A program made the position numbers and the translations under genes. A stretch of DNA of 64,000 nt, taken from NCBI GenBank assembly GCA_902526535.1, contig CABZLG010000001.1, forward strand, positions 10,101-74,100, written 5' to 3'. The DNA is from an uncultured SAR86 cluster bacterium (GTDB taxonomy: Bacteria; Pseudomonadota; Gammaproteobacteria; Magnimaribacterales; TMED112). The notes under the pieces are model-generated. The model did not search any database. It had not been told where the DNA came from and saw nothing but the letters and a program-made list of their open reading frames with translations. The first letter of the stretch is position 1; each line of letters begins with the position of its first letter. Of the stretch, positions 28,262 through 38,193 are shown piece by piece.

Positions 28262-29413
28262 ATGAGATACAAGTTAGGGCTTTTCTTATTATTAATAGCA
28301 TCTTTTTACACATCAGCTGATTGGCTAGATGTGAATATGCCCGTGGGCGTAACAGACATTAGTAAAGAAGTTTTTGAACTTCATATGGCAATATTTTTCG
28401 TTACAGTTGCTATAGGCGTTATTGTATTTGGGTTTATGTTTTATTCTATGTGGCGTTATAGAAGAAGTAATAACAAAAAACCGGCTAAATTCAAAGAGAA
28501 TCACAAACTTGAAATTCTCTGGACAGTAATACCAACTTTAATTCTAGTTGCGATGGCTGTTCCAGCCTCTGTTACATTAAAGAAAATATACGACCATGAA
28601 GCTGAAGAAGGTGGCATGGATATTCAAGTAGTTGGTTGGCAATGGAAGTGGCAATACAAATATTTAGATGAGCAGGTCGGTAACAAGCCTTTAAGTTTTT
28701 TTGCTAACTTAACTACCCCTCCAGATCAATATGAATATAACAGAGTTGAAAAAGGTGAGAATTATTTACTTGAGGTTGATGAAGAAGTTGTAGTTCCAGT
28801 AAACACCCCAATTAGATTTTTAATTACTAGTAATGACGTTATTCATTCATGGTACATGAGTGATTTTGCTGTCAAGCAAGATGCTATACCAGGTTTTATA
28901 AATGTTGCAAAAACAACAATCAATGAACCAGGTATTTATAGAGGAAATTGCACAGAACTTTGTGGTGAAAGACATGCCTATATGCCAATAGTAGTACGTG
29001 CTGTTACAAAGGAAGAATATGATGAATGGGTTTTAGAAAAAAGAGAGGCAATGGAGCAACTTAATTTTTTAACAGAGAAAGAATGGACCGCAGATGAACT
29101 TTATGCACAAGGTGAAGAAATATATAAAACACGTTGTGCAGCATGTCATCAAGTTAACGGAGCAGGAATTACAGGGTTTTATCCAGCATTGGCTGGTAGT
29201 GATGTTGTGATGAATGATAAGACAGGTCAAATAGAAATTCTTATGGAAGGCATTAGAGGAAGTCAGATGCAATCATTTGCAGAGCAGCTTAATGAAGTTG
29301 ACATGGCAGCTGTAATAACTTTCACAAGATTAGCTTGGAATAATGATAAACAAGGAGATGGAACAATTGTTGTTCCTAATGATATTGTTGATTATAAAAA
29401 AGGAGATTTATAG
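28262..29413 (+). CDS. coxB: Cytochrome c oxidase subunit II with fused C-terminal cytochrome c
   Basis: [26 protein letters not shown] (CuA), CAACH. Confidence 0.97.
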   Translation: MRYKLGLFLLLIASFYTSADWLDVNMPVGVTDISKEVFELHMAIFFVTVAIGVIVFGFMFYSMWRYRRSNNKKPAKFKENHKLEILWTVIPTLILVAMAVPASVTLKKIYDHEAEEGGMDIQVVGWQWKWQYKYLDEQVGNKPLSFFANLTTPPDQYEYNRVEKGENYLLEVDEEVVVPVNTPIRFLITSNDVIHSWYMSDFAVKQDAIPGFINVAKTTINEPGIYRGNCTELCGERHAYMPIVVRAVTKEEYDEWVLEKREAMEQLNFLTEKEWTADELYAQGEEIYKTRCAACHQVNGAGITGFYPALAGSDVVMNDKTGQIEILMEGIRGSQMQSFAEQLNEVDMAAVITFTRLAWNNDKQGDGTIVVPNDIVDYKKGDL

Positions 29414-29421
29414 GAGTAATT

Positions 29422-30999
29422 ATGAGTGCAGTAATTGAAAATCATGATCACGAACATCATGGACCTCAAAAAGGTATCTTAAGATGGCTTTTCACAACTA
29501 ACCATAAAGATATTGGAACACTATACCTATGGTTTAGTTTTATTATGTTTTTAACAGGTGGTGCCATGGCTATGGGAATAAGAGCTGAGCTATTTGAACC
29601 AGGATTACAGCTTATGGACCCAATTAGGTATAACCAACTTGTTACTATGCACGGACTTATAATGATATTTGGGGCAGTGATGCCAGCATTTGTGGGTTTA
29701 GCAAATTGGCTTATTCCTATGCAAATCGGAGCACCAGATATGGCGTTGCCAAGAATGAATAATCTTAGCTTTTGGCTGCTACCTTCAGCATTTATAATTC
29801 TTCTTTCAACTGCTTTCATGGAGGGAGGCTTGCCTGGTTTTGGTTGGACTTTCTATGCACCCTTATCGACAAATTACCCCAATATTGCCTACTTTGTGTT
29901 TGCTATTCATGTAATGGGGATTTCATCGATAATGGGATCAATTAACGTGATTGTCACAATTATGAATATGAGAGCACCTGGAATGACATTAATGCAAATG
30001 CCTTTGTTTGTATGGTCTTGGTTAATAACAGCATATTTGCTTATAGCTGTTATGCCGGTCCTTGCTGGAGCAGTAACAATGCTTTTAATGGATGCATATT
30101 TTGGCACTTCATTCTTTGATGCAGCAGGTGGAGGAGATCCAGTTTTATTTCAACATGTCTTCTGGTTTTTCGGTCATCCCGAAGTTTATATAATGATACT
30201 TCCTGCATTCGGAATTACATCTCATATTATTTCAACTTTCTCAAGAAAGCCTTTGTTTGGACAATCATCTATGGTTTATGCGATGGTTTCAATCGCCGTA
30301 CTCTCATTTGTAGTCTGGGCTCATCACATGTTTACTGTTGGAATGCCGCTGGCTGCTGAACTATTTTTTATGTGGGCAACAATGATAATTGCTATTCCTA
30401 CTGGTGTAAAAGTTTTTAACTGGGTTGCAACTATTTTTAAAGGATCAATAACCTATGAAACACCAATGCTATTTGCAATAGCCTTTGTTGTTTTATTTAC
30501 AATAGGGGGTCTGTCTGGCCTCATGTTAGCGATTACACCTGCAGATTTTCAGTATCATGATACTTATTTTGTTGTAGCACACTTTCATTATGTACTCGTA
30601 CCAGGTGCCATTTTCTCAATAATGGCTGCTGTTTATTATTGGCTTCCAAAATGGACCGGAAATATGTATGACGAGAAAATGGGTAAGCTTCATTTCTGGC
30701 TATCTTTTGTTGGTGTAAATGTTACTTTCTTCCCACAACACTTTGTTGGGTTAGCTGGCATGCCAAGAAGATATGCTGATTACGCATTACAGTTTGCAGA
30801 ATGGAATGCAGTTTCATCAGTAGGAGCATTTTTGTTTGGTTTATCACAGCTACTTTTCCTCTATATCGTTATCAAGACAGTTTTTGCAGGCAAAAAAGCT
30901 ACTGCACAGGTTTGGGATGGTGCAGAGGGACTAGAGTGGACTGTAGATTCACCTGCTCCCTACCATACATTTGAAACTCCACCAAAAGTAAATGGCTAA
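29422..30999 (+). CDS. coxA: Cytochrome c oxidase subunit I (A1 type)
   Basis: [25 protein letters not shown]. Confidence 0.99.
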   Translation: MSAVIENHDHEHHGPQKGILRWLFTTNHKDIGTLYLWFSFIMFLTGGAMAMGIRAELFEPGLQLMDPIRYNQLVTMHGLIMIFGAVMPAFVGLANWLIPMQIGAPDMALPRMNNLSFWLLPSAFIILLSTAFMEGGLPGFGWTFYAPLSTNYPNIAYFVFAIHVMGISSIMGSINVIVTIMNMRAPGMTLMQMPLFVWSWLITAYLLIAVMPVLAGAVTMLLMDAYFGTSFFDAAGGGDPVLFQHVFWFFGHPEVYIMILPAFGITSHIISTFSRKPLFGQSSMVYAMVSIAVLSFVVWAHHMFTVGMPLAAELFFMWATMIIAIPTGVKVFNWVATIFKGSITYETPMLFAIAFVVLFTIGGLSGLMLAITPADFQYHDTYFVVAHFHYVLVPGAIFSIMAAVYYWLPKWTGNMYDEKMGKLHFWLSFVGVNVTFFPQHFVGLAGMPRRYADYALQFAEWNAVSSVGAFLFGLSQLLFLYIVIKTVFAGKKATAQVWDGAEGLEWTVDSPAPYHTFETPPKVNG

Positions 31000-31552
31000 G
31001 AATAATTTTTCAAGTAAAATATTTCTCTACTTAGTTTCAGCTGTAATCTTTATGTTCTTTTTTTCTTTTATGTTGGTGCCTCTTTACAATGTCTTTTGTG
31101 AGGTAACCGGTCTAAATGGAAAAATATATGGCCCATCATCCTTTTTTATAAAAGATAGAGAAAAAGAGAAAGATTCTAGAGAAATAAGAATAAAATTTTT
31201 AAGTCAAGTTAATGAATCAGCTCCAGTTAAATTCTTCCCTTCTTCTAATGAAGTAAAAGTTTGGACTAATAAGGTCAGTAAGACATCATATATTGCTGAA
31301 AACACTACTGATAAACAATTAACTCTCACTATAATTCCATCAGTATCACCTGGCTTAGCAGCAGAAAATGTGAAAAAAATTCAATGTTTTTGTTTTGAAG
31401 AGCAAGTTTTAATGCCTTACGAAAGGCAAGAGTGGCCAGTTAGGTTTTATGTAAGTTCCGAAGTAGGAGATAACGTAAATGACATATATTTATCTTATAC
31501 ACTCTTTGAAACAGATCGTGTTTTAACAGACAATATGAACCATGGAAAGTAA
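30992..31552 (+). CDS. ctaG: Cytochrome c oxidase Cu chaperone CtaG/Cox11
   Basis: [19 protein letters not shown]. Confidence 0.95.
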   Translation: MAKNNFSSKIFLYLVSAVIFMFFFSFMLVPLYNVFCEVTGLNGKIYGPSSFFIKDREKEKDSREIRIKFLSQVNESAPVKFFPSSNEVKVWTNKVSKTSYIAENTTDKQLTLTIIPSVSPGLAAENVKKIQCFCFEEQVLMPYERQEWPVRFYVSSEVGDNVNDIYLSYTLFETDRVLTDNMNHGK

Positions 31553-32462
31553 GACAGATAATTTTCAAAAATATTATGTTCCTGAAAAGAGTGCAATTCC
31601 AATAATTTTTGCAGTTTCTGTTTTTTTTGCAGGTTTTGGTGCTGCAAATGCAATTACCGGCAACGGCTCTACAATGCTACTTTTTGGTTTAATAGCTGTA
31701 ATCATTACGATGTCTTTTTGGTTTTCAGTTGTTATGAAAGAGTCAAAAGCTGGTCTTGATACTCCTCAACTAAACAATTCTTATGTATTTGGAATGGGAT
31801 GGTTTATTTTTTCAGAGGTAATGTTTTTCTTCGCTTTTTTTGGCGCATTATTCTACATACGACAGTTTTCAGTCCCATGGCTTGGTGGTGAAGGAGAAAA
31901 GGGTCTTGCTGGAGAAATATTATGGCCAGAGTTTGAGGCAACATGGCCACCTATGGTTACACCTGAACAAAGCATTATGGGGGATCAAGCAGTTACTAAA
32001 GGACCTGATAATTCTATGTATCTAAATGGCATAGCAGGGATAATTAAGTGGCTACCTTTATGGAATACAATTGTTCTTCTTAGTTCAAGTGGAACAGTTC
32101 ACTTCGCACACATCGCACTAAAAGAGAATAATAGAAAAAGATTTAACTTTTGGTTAGGCATAACTGTAAGCTTGGCATTTATTTTTGTGATTCTTCAGGC
32201 AGCAGAATACTACGAGGCCTATGCTCATCTTGGATTAACTTTAAATTCTGGTGTATATGGAACAACTTTTTTTATGCTAACTGGATTCCATGGCATGCAT
32301 GTCTTAATCGGTGGAATTTTTCTTTTAACACAGCTATTTAGGTCAACAGGGTTCAAACATTTTACAGAAAAAGAACATTTTGGCTTTGAAGCAGCTTCGT
32401 GGTATTGGCACTTTGTTGATGTTGTCTGGGTTTGCCTGTTTTTATTTGTTTATATTATTTAA
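31542..32462 (+). CDS. coxC: Cytochrome c oxidase subunit III
   Basis: FIFSEVMFF, TGFHGMHV, WYWHFVDVVW. Confidence 0.98.
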   Translation: MESKTDNFQKYYVPEKSAIPIIFAVSVFFAGFGAANAITGNGSTMLLFGLIAVIITMSFWFSVVMKESKAGLDTPQLNNSYVFGMGWFIFSEVMFFFAFFGALFYIRQFSVPWLGGEGEKGLAGEILWPEFEATWPPMVTPEQSIMGDQAVTKGPDNSMYLNGIAGIIKWLPLWNTIVLLSSSGTVHFAHIALKENNRKRFNFWLGITVSLAFIFVILQAAEYYEAYAHLGLTLNSGVYGTTFFMLTGFHGMHVLIGGIFLLTQLFRSTGFKHFTEKEHFGFEAASWYWHFVDVVWVCLFLFVYII

Positions 32463-32671
32463 CCCCAAGGCGCGTTATTGCCAAGTTGACCGGTAAAAAT
32501 CCCATAGATTATGAGAATTAATATAATGGCACCGAGAGTCACCCTAAACCCGAGCCCATACATTATGCGTTTCTTTTTAGGATTACCTTTATCTATAAAA
32601 AGGAAAACAAGGCTCGAAAAGAGACTTATTAGCACAAGAACAACTAAAATAATTATTACAGTTTTAAGCAC
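32459..32671 (-). CDS. Twin transmembrane helix small protein (DUF2909-like)
   Basis: 70 aa, two hydrophobic helices, antisense between coxC and SURF1 as in many gammaproteobacterial cox clusters. Confidence 0.8.
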   Translation of the reverse strand: MLKTVIIILVVLVLISLFSSLVFLFIDKGNPKKKRIMYGLGFRVTLGAIILILIIYGIFTGQLGNNAPWG

Positions 32672-32687
32672 GATATCATTTTAACAG

Positions 32688-33374
32688 ATGCATAAATTTA
32701 AATTCAGAATACTTTTCTTTTCTTTAGTTTTTTTCCCCATCACAATTTTGCTTGGAATATGGCAAATTAATAGAGCGGAAGAAAAAAATAACATCATGGA
32801 TCAATATGCAAAGCTTATTAAAAAACCACCAATTCAACTTCTAAACTCTTATCAATATAGTAATTGGGAGCCAGTATATGGTGAGGGCATGTATCTAGAT
32901 GAAATTATTTATGAGGACAATGCAATAAGCAATGGTAAGGCCGGATATAAGGTTTATCATTTATTTGAATTAGTTTCTGGAGAAAATATATTTGTTAACA
33001 GAGGGTTTATTGAAAGGAAACCAACGAAGAATGATCTTCCAGAAGTTTTAGTGCCTGGAGGACTTTTCTTTATACAGGGTAATGTGATACTTAAGCAAAA
33101 GAACGCCTTTGCAAAAGAAATAAATGAAAGCGATTCAAGAATTATTCAAGAATTTAATCTTAAAAATATTAAACGCAAGAGAGGACTAGAAGATAAAGAA
33201 ATTTACGATTTCTTATTTAATTTAGCTCCATCAGACCCATTTAAGCTTGTACCAATTGAAAAGCCAATAAGCATGAGCGCAAGCAAACATATTGGATATG
33301 CAATTCAATGGTTTGGATTAAGTGTTGTTTTGGTTGTTATGACACTAATTGCATTTTTAAAAAATAATGAATAA
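32688..33374 (+). CDS. SURF1/Shy1 family oxidase assembly protein
   Basis: LGIWQINRA, VNRGF, HIGYAIQWF. Confidence 0.93.
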   Translation: MHKFKFRILFFSLVFFPITILLGIWQINRAEEKNNIMDQYAKLIKKPPIQLLNSYQYSNWEPVYGEGMYLDEIIYEDNAISNGKAGYKVYHLFELVSGENIFVNRGFIERKPTKNDLPEVLVPGGLFFIQGNVILKQKNAFAKEINESDSRIIQEFNLKNIKRKRGLEDKEIYDFLFNLAPSDPFKLVPIEKPISMSASKHIGYAIQWFGLSVVLVVMTLIAFLKNNE

Positions 33375-33924
33375 AGGAGTAGGTTTAGCATTAGTTATTT
33401 TAATTACCCCATTGGTGGTAATTACCGCCTCAACACTTACCTTTTACTTGGGTTATAAACCAACAAGCACATCAAATAATGGGGAATTAATTGTGCCACC
33501 CCTGGAAACTAATCTTTTTAAACTCGAGAACATTAATGGAGATTCTTTTAATTTTCGAAAAGGAAAGTGGTACCTAGTTTATTTTGATGATTTTAAAAAT
33601 GTAGAAGCTTCGGAAGAAAAATTGAAATTTACTTTTAGCATTAATACAACTCTTGGAAGAAAAATGAACAGACTTAAAAGAGTCGTTGTGTTAAAAGAAA
33701 ATTTCAATTTGAAATCAATTAATAATCTATCAGCGAAATTTCCAAATGTTTTTTTTGTAAAAGATATAGATCAAGAATTTGAAGAATTACTTTTAAATGC
33801 TGGCAAGAGTCCTTTTGAAAATCAATCTCTATTTTTATTAGATGATTTCTCTTTTGTAATGGAAGAATTTAATAAAGAGCTTGATTTTAAAAAAGTTTTT
33901 GAGGATATAAAAACTTTATTATGA
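33367..33924 (+). CDS. Conserved cox-cluster membrane-anchored hypothetical protein
   Basis: N-terminal TM helix, NNGELIVPP, GKW; usual position between SURF1 and ctaA. Confidence 0.75.
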   Translation: MNKGVGLALVILITPLVVITASTLTFYLGYKPTSTSNNGELIVPPLETNLFKLENINGDSFNFRKGKWYLVYFDDFKNVEASEEKLKFTFSINTTLGRKMNRLKRVVVLKENFNLKSINNLSAKFPNVFFVKDIDQEFEELLLNAGKSPFENQSLFLLDDFSFVMEEFNKELDFKKVFEDIKTLL

Positions 33925-34904
33925 ATATTTTTACAACAAAATTTTTATCATTTTTAGGTGTTTTTCTTGCTTTTATCGTTATTGGTCTTGGGGCCTGGAC
34001 TCGCTTAGCAGATGCTGGGCTTGGTTGTCCTGATTGGCCTGGATGTTATGGGTTTGTAACTTTTCCAACAACTATTCAGGAAATAGAAATAGCAGAACAA
34101 CTGTACCCAGACTCTCCTGTTGAAATTGATAAAATAATTCCTGAAGTAGTGCATAGGTATTTTGCAGCTTCTCTCGGCCTTCTTGCAATTTTTCTACTTT
34201 TTATATCAATAAAGGAAAAAAAACATATTCTTACTTCATCCCTGTTGCTTGCAATAATCATAGGACAAGGAATATTTGGTTATCTAACAGTAAGCTTAAA
34301 ACTACACCCTCTAATAGTAACCACACATCTTTTTGGGGCAATGATTACTACATCAATTTTTCTTATTATTTTTTTAAGATCGCTTAAACTTGAGCATAGC
34401 TTCCAAATTCTTAAAGCAAACAGACATTTAATAATGATTGGTTTTGTTTTAATTATTTTTCAAATTTTTTTAGGAGCATGGACATCAACAAATTATGCTG
34501 CAAGAGCGTGTTTAGATCTTCCTTACTGTCAGGGTGAATTAATACCAAACACAAATTTCAAAGAAGCTTTCAACCTATTTCAAACTATTGGTCCTAATTA
34601 TTTATTCGGACAAATGAGCAATGAAGCTAGGGTTGCTATTCATATTACACACAGAATTGGTGCAATAGTTGTATTTTTATACTCACTTTTTCTTATATTT
34701 AAATTGAAATCAAAAGAAACCTTACCTGTAATAGTCTCTTTTGCAGCTATTCTTTTTCTTCAAGTTTTCTTGGGTATTAATAATGTTTTGAGCCATTTAC
34801 CTTTATGGAATGCTGTAGCTCATAATATTTTTGGCGTTATGTTGTTTCTGTGCATGATTGTTATTATGTATTTAAGTTATAGAAAAGTTGATGCAGTTGA
34901 ATAG
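33921..34904 (+). CDS. ctaA: Heme A synthase (CtaA/Cox15)
   Basis: AGLGCPDWPGC, EVVHR, THR, AHN. Confidence 0.94.
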   Translation: MNIFTTKFLSFLGVFLAFIVIGLGAWTRLADAGLGCPDWPGCYGFVTFPTTIQEIEIAEQLYPDSPVEIDKIIPEVVHRYFAASLGLLAIFLLFISIKEKKHILTSSLLLAIIIGQGIFGYLTVSLKLHPLIVTTHLFGAMITTSIFLIIFLRSLKLEHSFQILKANRHLIMIGFVLIIFQIFLGAWTSTNYAARACLDLPYCQGELIPNTNFKEAFNLFQTIGPNYLFGQMSNEARVAIHITHRIGAIVVFLYSLFLIFKLKSKETLPVIVSFAAILFLQVFLGINNVLSHLPLWNAVAHNIFGVMLFLCMIVIMYLSYRKVDAVE

Positions 34905-35757
34905 TTATCTCGATCTTTGCAAACCAAAGATTGTCCTTCTTTTAACACTAACAGCATTAGTGGGGATGATGCTTTCAACAAATTTCTATAATGATGTCAT
35001 CTCAGGCCTTGCGAGTTTACTTGGATTCGCATTTCTAGCAGCCTCATCAGCAGCTTTAAATCAAATTTTTGATAAAGAAACTGATAAAAATATGCAGAGG
35101 ACAAAAAATAGACCTTTAGCATCAGGAAGCATCACTTTGTTTAATGCTTTAATCTTTACATCTATACTTTTATTTCTGGGCTCATCTCTCATGCTCTATT
35201 TCTCTAATATTTTGACATTATTAATAACTACTTTTGGATTCATTTTTTATAGTCTGATTTATACAATTTATTTGAAATGGGCAACCCCACAAAATATTGT
35301 TATAGGAGGATTATCAGGAGCGTTACCTCCATTAATAGGATGGACAGCCGTGACAAATGAAATTTCATTACTACCACTAACACTTGTTTTGATTATTTTT
35401 CTTTGGACTCCTCCTCACTTTTGGCCTCTAGCAATAGATCGAATTGATGAATACAAAAAAGAAGGTGTTCCAATGATGCCAATTGCCAAAGGTGTGGCGA
35501 GAACAAAAATTGAAATGGTTATTTACGCTGTTCTACTATTTGGTGCGTCGCTTGCTCCATTTCTTTATGACCTTACCGGAATTTTTTATTTAGTTTCTAC
35601 ATCTTTATTGAATGTTTATTTTATTTATTTATGTGTTGCGTATCTTAATGATCGAGAAAATATCCTTTCTATGAAAATTTTTAATTTTTCTGTTAAGTAT
35701 ATGTTTTTGTTTTTTTTAGCAACTTATATCGACTTCTTATTAATCCTTTATGTCTAA
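34891..35757 (+). CDS. cyoE: Protoheme IX farnesyltransferase (heme O synthase)
   Basis: DKNMQRTKNRPL, NIVIGG, WTPPHFW. Confidence 0.96.
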   Translation: MQLNSYLDLCKPKIVLLLTLTALVGMMLSTNFYNDVISGLASLLGFAFLAASSAALNQIFDKETDKNMQRTKNRPLASGSITLFNALIFTSILLFLGSSLMLYFSNILTLLITTFGFIFYSLIYTIYLKWATPQNIVIGGLSGALPPLIGWTAVTNEISLLPLTLVLIIFLWTPPHFWPLAIDRIDEYKKEGVPMMPIAKGVARTKIEMVIYAVLLFGASLAPFLYDLTGIFYLVSTSLLNVYFIYLCVAYLNDRENILSMKIFNFSVKYMFLFFLATYIDFLLILYV

Positions 35758-36373
35758 AAATAAACTTACAATTTTATTATTTGCTATTGTTATTGCACTA
35801 ACCTCTTATTCATTTTGGCGAATAAGTATACCGAGAGTGCTATCTATCGAAGAGATGAAGGTAAATGGCTTCTATAAGTATGGCGATTCACAAGAAGTTA
35901 GAGAATTTGCATTGAAGGATCATGATAATAATATTTTTACCAAAGAAAATTTACGAGAGCATGACATAAACTTCATATATTTTGGATACACCACATGTCC
36001 AACTGAGTGTCCGGTAATGATGTCTGTGATGAGACAGCTTTTCGAAAAAATTGATACAGATGACATTGCATTTTATTTAATAAGTTTTGATCCGGAAATT
36101 GATACTATTGAGAGGCTAAAGAAGTATGTAACTGCTTTTAATGACGATTTTATCGGAGTGTCTGGTGAACAGTCTGAAGTTTTGAAATTAGGCTACCAGC
36201 TCGGAATAGAAAAATTAGAACCCGTCCAAAATCATATGAGTCAAAGAGTAATTTCACATACTAATCATTTAGTTCTAGTAGATAATGATGCAAATATCAT
36301 GGGAATATTTAAGGGGCCATTTGATAGCAGAGCCATGTCATTAGTAACTAAGTCTTTGTTACAGACAAATTAA
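35750..36373 (+). CDS. SCO1/SenC family copper chaperone
   Basis: FGYTTCPTECP (CxxxC), SFDP, conserved His in ISHT. Confidence 0.93.
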   Translation: MSKNKLTILLFAIVIALTSYSFWRISIPRVLSIEEMKVNGFYKYGDSQEVREFALKDHDNNIFTKENLREHDINFIYFGYTTCPTECPVMMSVMRQLFEKIDTDDIAFYLISFDPEIDTIERLKKYVTAFNDDFIGVSGEQSEVLKLGYQLGIEKLEPVQNHMSQRVISHTNHLVLVDNDANIMGIFKGPFDSRAMSLVTKSLLQTN

Positions 36374-36391
36374 ATTCACAGTAAATTCACA
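36371..36391 (+). repeat. Perfect 10-bp direct repeat with 11-bp period (TAAATTCACA-G-TAAATTCACA)
   Basis: Read directly from sequence; upstream of the ORF at 36445. Confidence 0.6.
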
Positions 36392-36444
36392 TTAATAATC
36401 TAACAATCTTTAAAAATAGTTTTATTATTGAATAAGGAGGAAAT

Positions 36445-37161
36445 ATGAGAATTATTTATTTATTTATTTTATCTTTTACTCTTTTTCCACTTTCGGCTGA
36501 TGATCATAAAGTTATGCCTGGTGGTGAGGTAGGAGAATTTCACTACATAAAAGCAAAGAATCCATTAGCAATTGTTGCAGCTACTGATAAGTTCATTGCT
36601 TCTGATTGCGGGCAAAAATGGCAAGCAAAATCAAGAGGGTTAGTGTTAATGCAGTTAGATGGCTCAGGCATGTCACACTTTTTTTATTCAGGCTTTGATG
36701 ATTATGAAAGCATGAATGAAGCAATTCAATTAGCAAGCAGTTGTGCTGCAGGTCTTGAATTTGTCCAGGCAGTTGGCGACGCCTCATATGGAGAATATTA
36801 TTTCAATAGAATTGGCGAACTTTCACTTCAAAAAGGTGATTGGACAAAAGATAGCGTTTTCATGAAGTATGATCTTTTTGTTGATCCAACGAAAAGGGGC
36901 GATTATGTAAAGGCTTGGAGTTCATTAGTTGAAAGCCAAGAAACTCCGGGCGCATCAGGGCTTGTAACACATGTTACTGGTAACGGGCGTGTATCACATT
37001 TTGCATTTAATGGTGGCCCTTCGATGCCAGAATTGATGTCAGGATCGGAAGATACCTTTAGCAGCAAAGAGTTTCTGGAATTTGCAGCGGAAGTTGATGA
37101 ATATAGAACTGTTGTTAATGTAATGATGGTTACTCCCATAAAAGCTTGGGTTAAAGAGTAA
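36445..37161 (+). CDS. Secreted hypothetical protein with internal duplication
   Basis: Strong AAGGAGG RBS, signal peptide ending PLSA followed by DDH, own terminator. Confidence 0.85.
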   Translation: MRIIYLFILSFTLFPLSADDHKVMPGGEVGEFHYIKAKNPLAIVAATDKFIASDCGQKWQAKSRGLVLMQLDGSGMSHFFYSGFDDYESMNEAIQLASSCAAGLEFVQAVGDASYGEYYFNRIGELSLQKGDWTKDSVFMKYDLFVDPTKRGDYVKAWSSLVESQETPGASGLVTHVTGNGRVSHFAFNGGPSMPELMSGSEDTFSSKEFLEFAAEVDEYRTVVNVMMVTPIKAWVKE

Positions 37162-37165
37162 CTCT

Positions 37166-37194
37166 TAAAAGGTCCTGTTTAACAGGGCCTTTTA
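37166..37194. terminator. Bidirectional intrinsic terminator
   Basis: TAAAAGGTCCTGTT-T-AACAGGGCCTTTTA inverted repeat (one G.U wobble) between convergent genes. Confidence 0.85.
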
Positions 37195-38193
37195 TTCATT
37201 TGTGAGAACTACTTTTCCTATTACACCTCTATTTCCAATAAGATTTATTGCTTCAACGGCTCTCTCCATTGGAAATGTTTTTGAAACTAGAGGTTTAATT
37301 TCACCATCTTTAAGCATTTGATTAATCTCATTCAGGTTTTTAGAATTTAAATCAGGCTCACGTCCAGTAAAAGAACCCCAAAAAACTCCAACTAATGAAG
37401 CCCCTTTCAAAAGTGAAAGATTTATAGGCAATTTAGGTATCTGTCCAGCTGCAAAACCAACCACTAAATATCTTCCCTTCCAACCAATGGACCTAAATGC
37501 TGGTTCTGTGTAGCAGTCACCAATTGGGTCATAAATAATATCAAATCCACCTTTTAGACTTTTTGACTTTAGTTCTAATGATAGTGCTTTTGATTCATAT
37601 TTATCTTTGGGGCCCTCTCCATATATAACAACATCAGCAGCACCATAATCATGACAAATTTGAGCCTTTTTTTCGTTGGATACACCAGCAACAACCCTTG
37701 CTCCTTTCGCAACTGCGATATCTACAGCAGCTAATCCCACGCCGCCAGATGCTCCTAATACAAGCAATTCATCGTCTTTCTTAAGTTCACCTCTTTGCAT
37801 AAGCGCATGATAGCTGGTGCCATATGCCATTTGATATGATGCAGCCATTTCGAAAGATGTATCTTCTTCAATTGCAAAGGTCCCAAGTTCATGCATACAA
37901 ATCTCTTCAGCAAAAGCTCCATAAGCAGACATAAAATAAACACGATCTCCTTCTTTGAATTTCGTTACATTTTTTCCGATTTTTTTTATTACACCAGATC
38001 CCTCATTCCCTGGTGCAAAAGGAAATTCAGGTTTAAATTGATAGAGGCCTTGAACAATTAAATAGTCAGGGAAATTAAGTGCTGCAGCCTTAACTGATAT
38101 TAGTACCTCATCATCTCGAGGCTCAGGAGAATCAATATTCTCCCAAACAAGATTTTCAACTGGACCGAATTCTTTACAATGCAGAATTTTCAA
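37192..38193 (-). CDS. NADPH:quinone oxidoreductase family (MDR) protein
   Basis: ALNFPD, QGLYQFKP, GASGGVG, VGFAAG, GVFWG. Confidence 0.92.
   Translation of the reverse strand: MKILHCKEFGPVENLVWENIDSPEPRDDEVLISVKAAALNFPDYLIVQGLYQFKPEFPFAPGNEGSGVIKKIGKNVTKFKEGDRVYFMSAYGAFAEEICMHELGTFAIEEDTSFEMAASYQMAYGTSYHALMQRGELKKDDELLVLGASGGVGLAAVDIAVAKGARVVAGVSNEKKAQICHDYGAADVVIYGEGPKDKYESKALSLELKSKSLKGGFDIIYDPIGDCYTEPAFRSIGWKGRYLVVGFAAGQIPKLPINLSLLKGASLVGVFWGSFTGREPDLNSKNLNEINQMLKDGEIKPLVSKTFPMERAVEAINLIGNRGVIGKVVLTNE

Noticed and set aside
28262-36373. cox cluster with fused cytochrome c and an antisense small membrane gene as a novel system
   Set aside because: Well-known gammaproteobacterial arrangement
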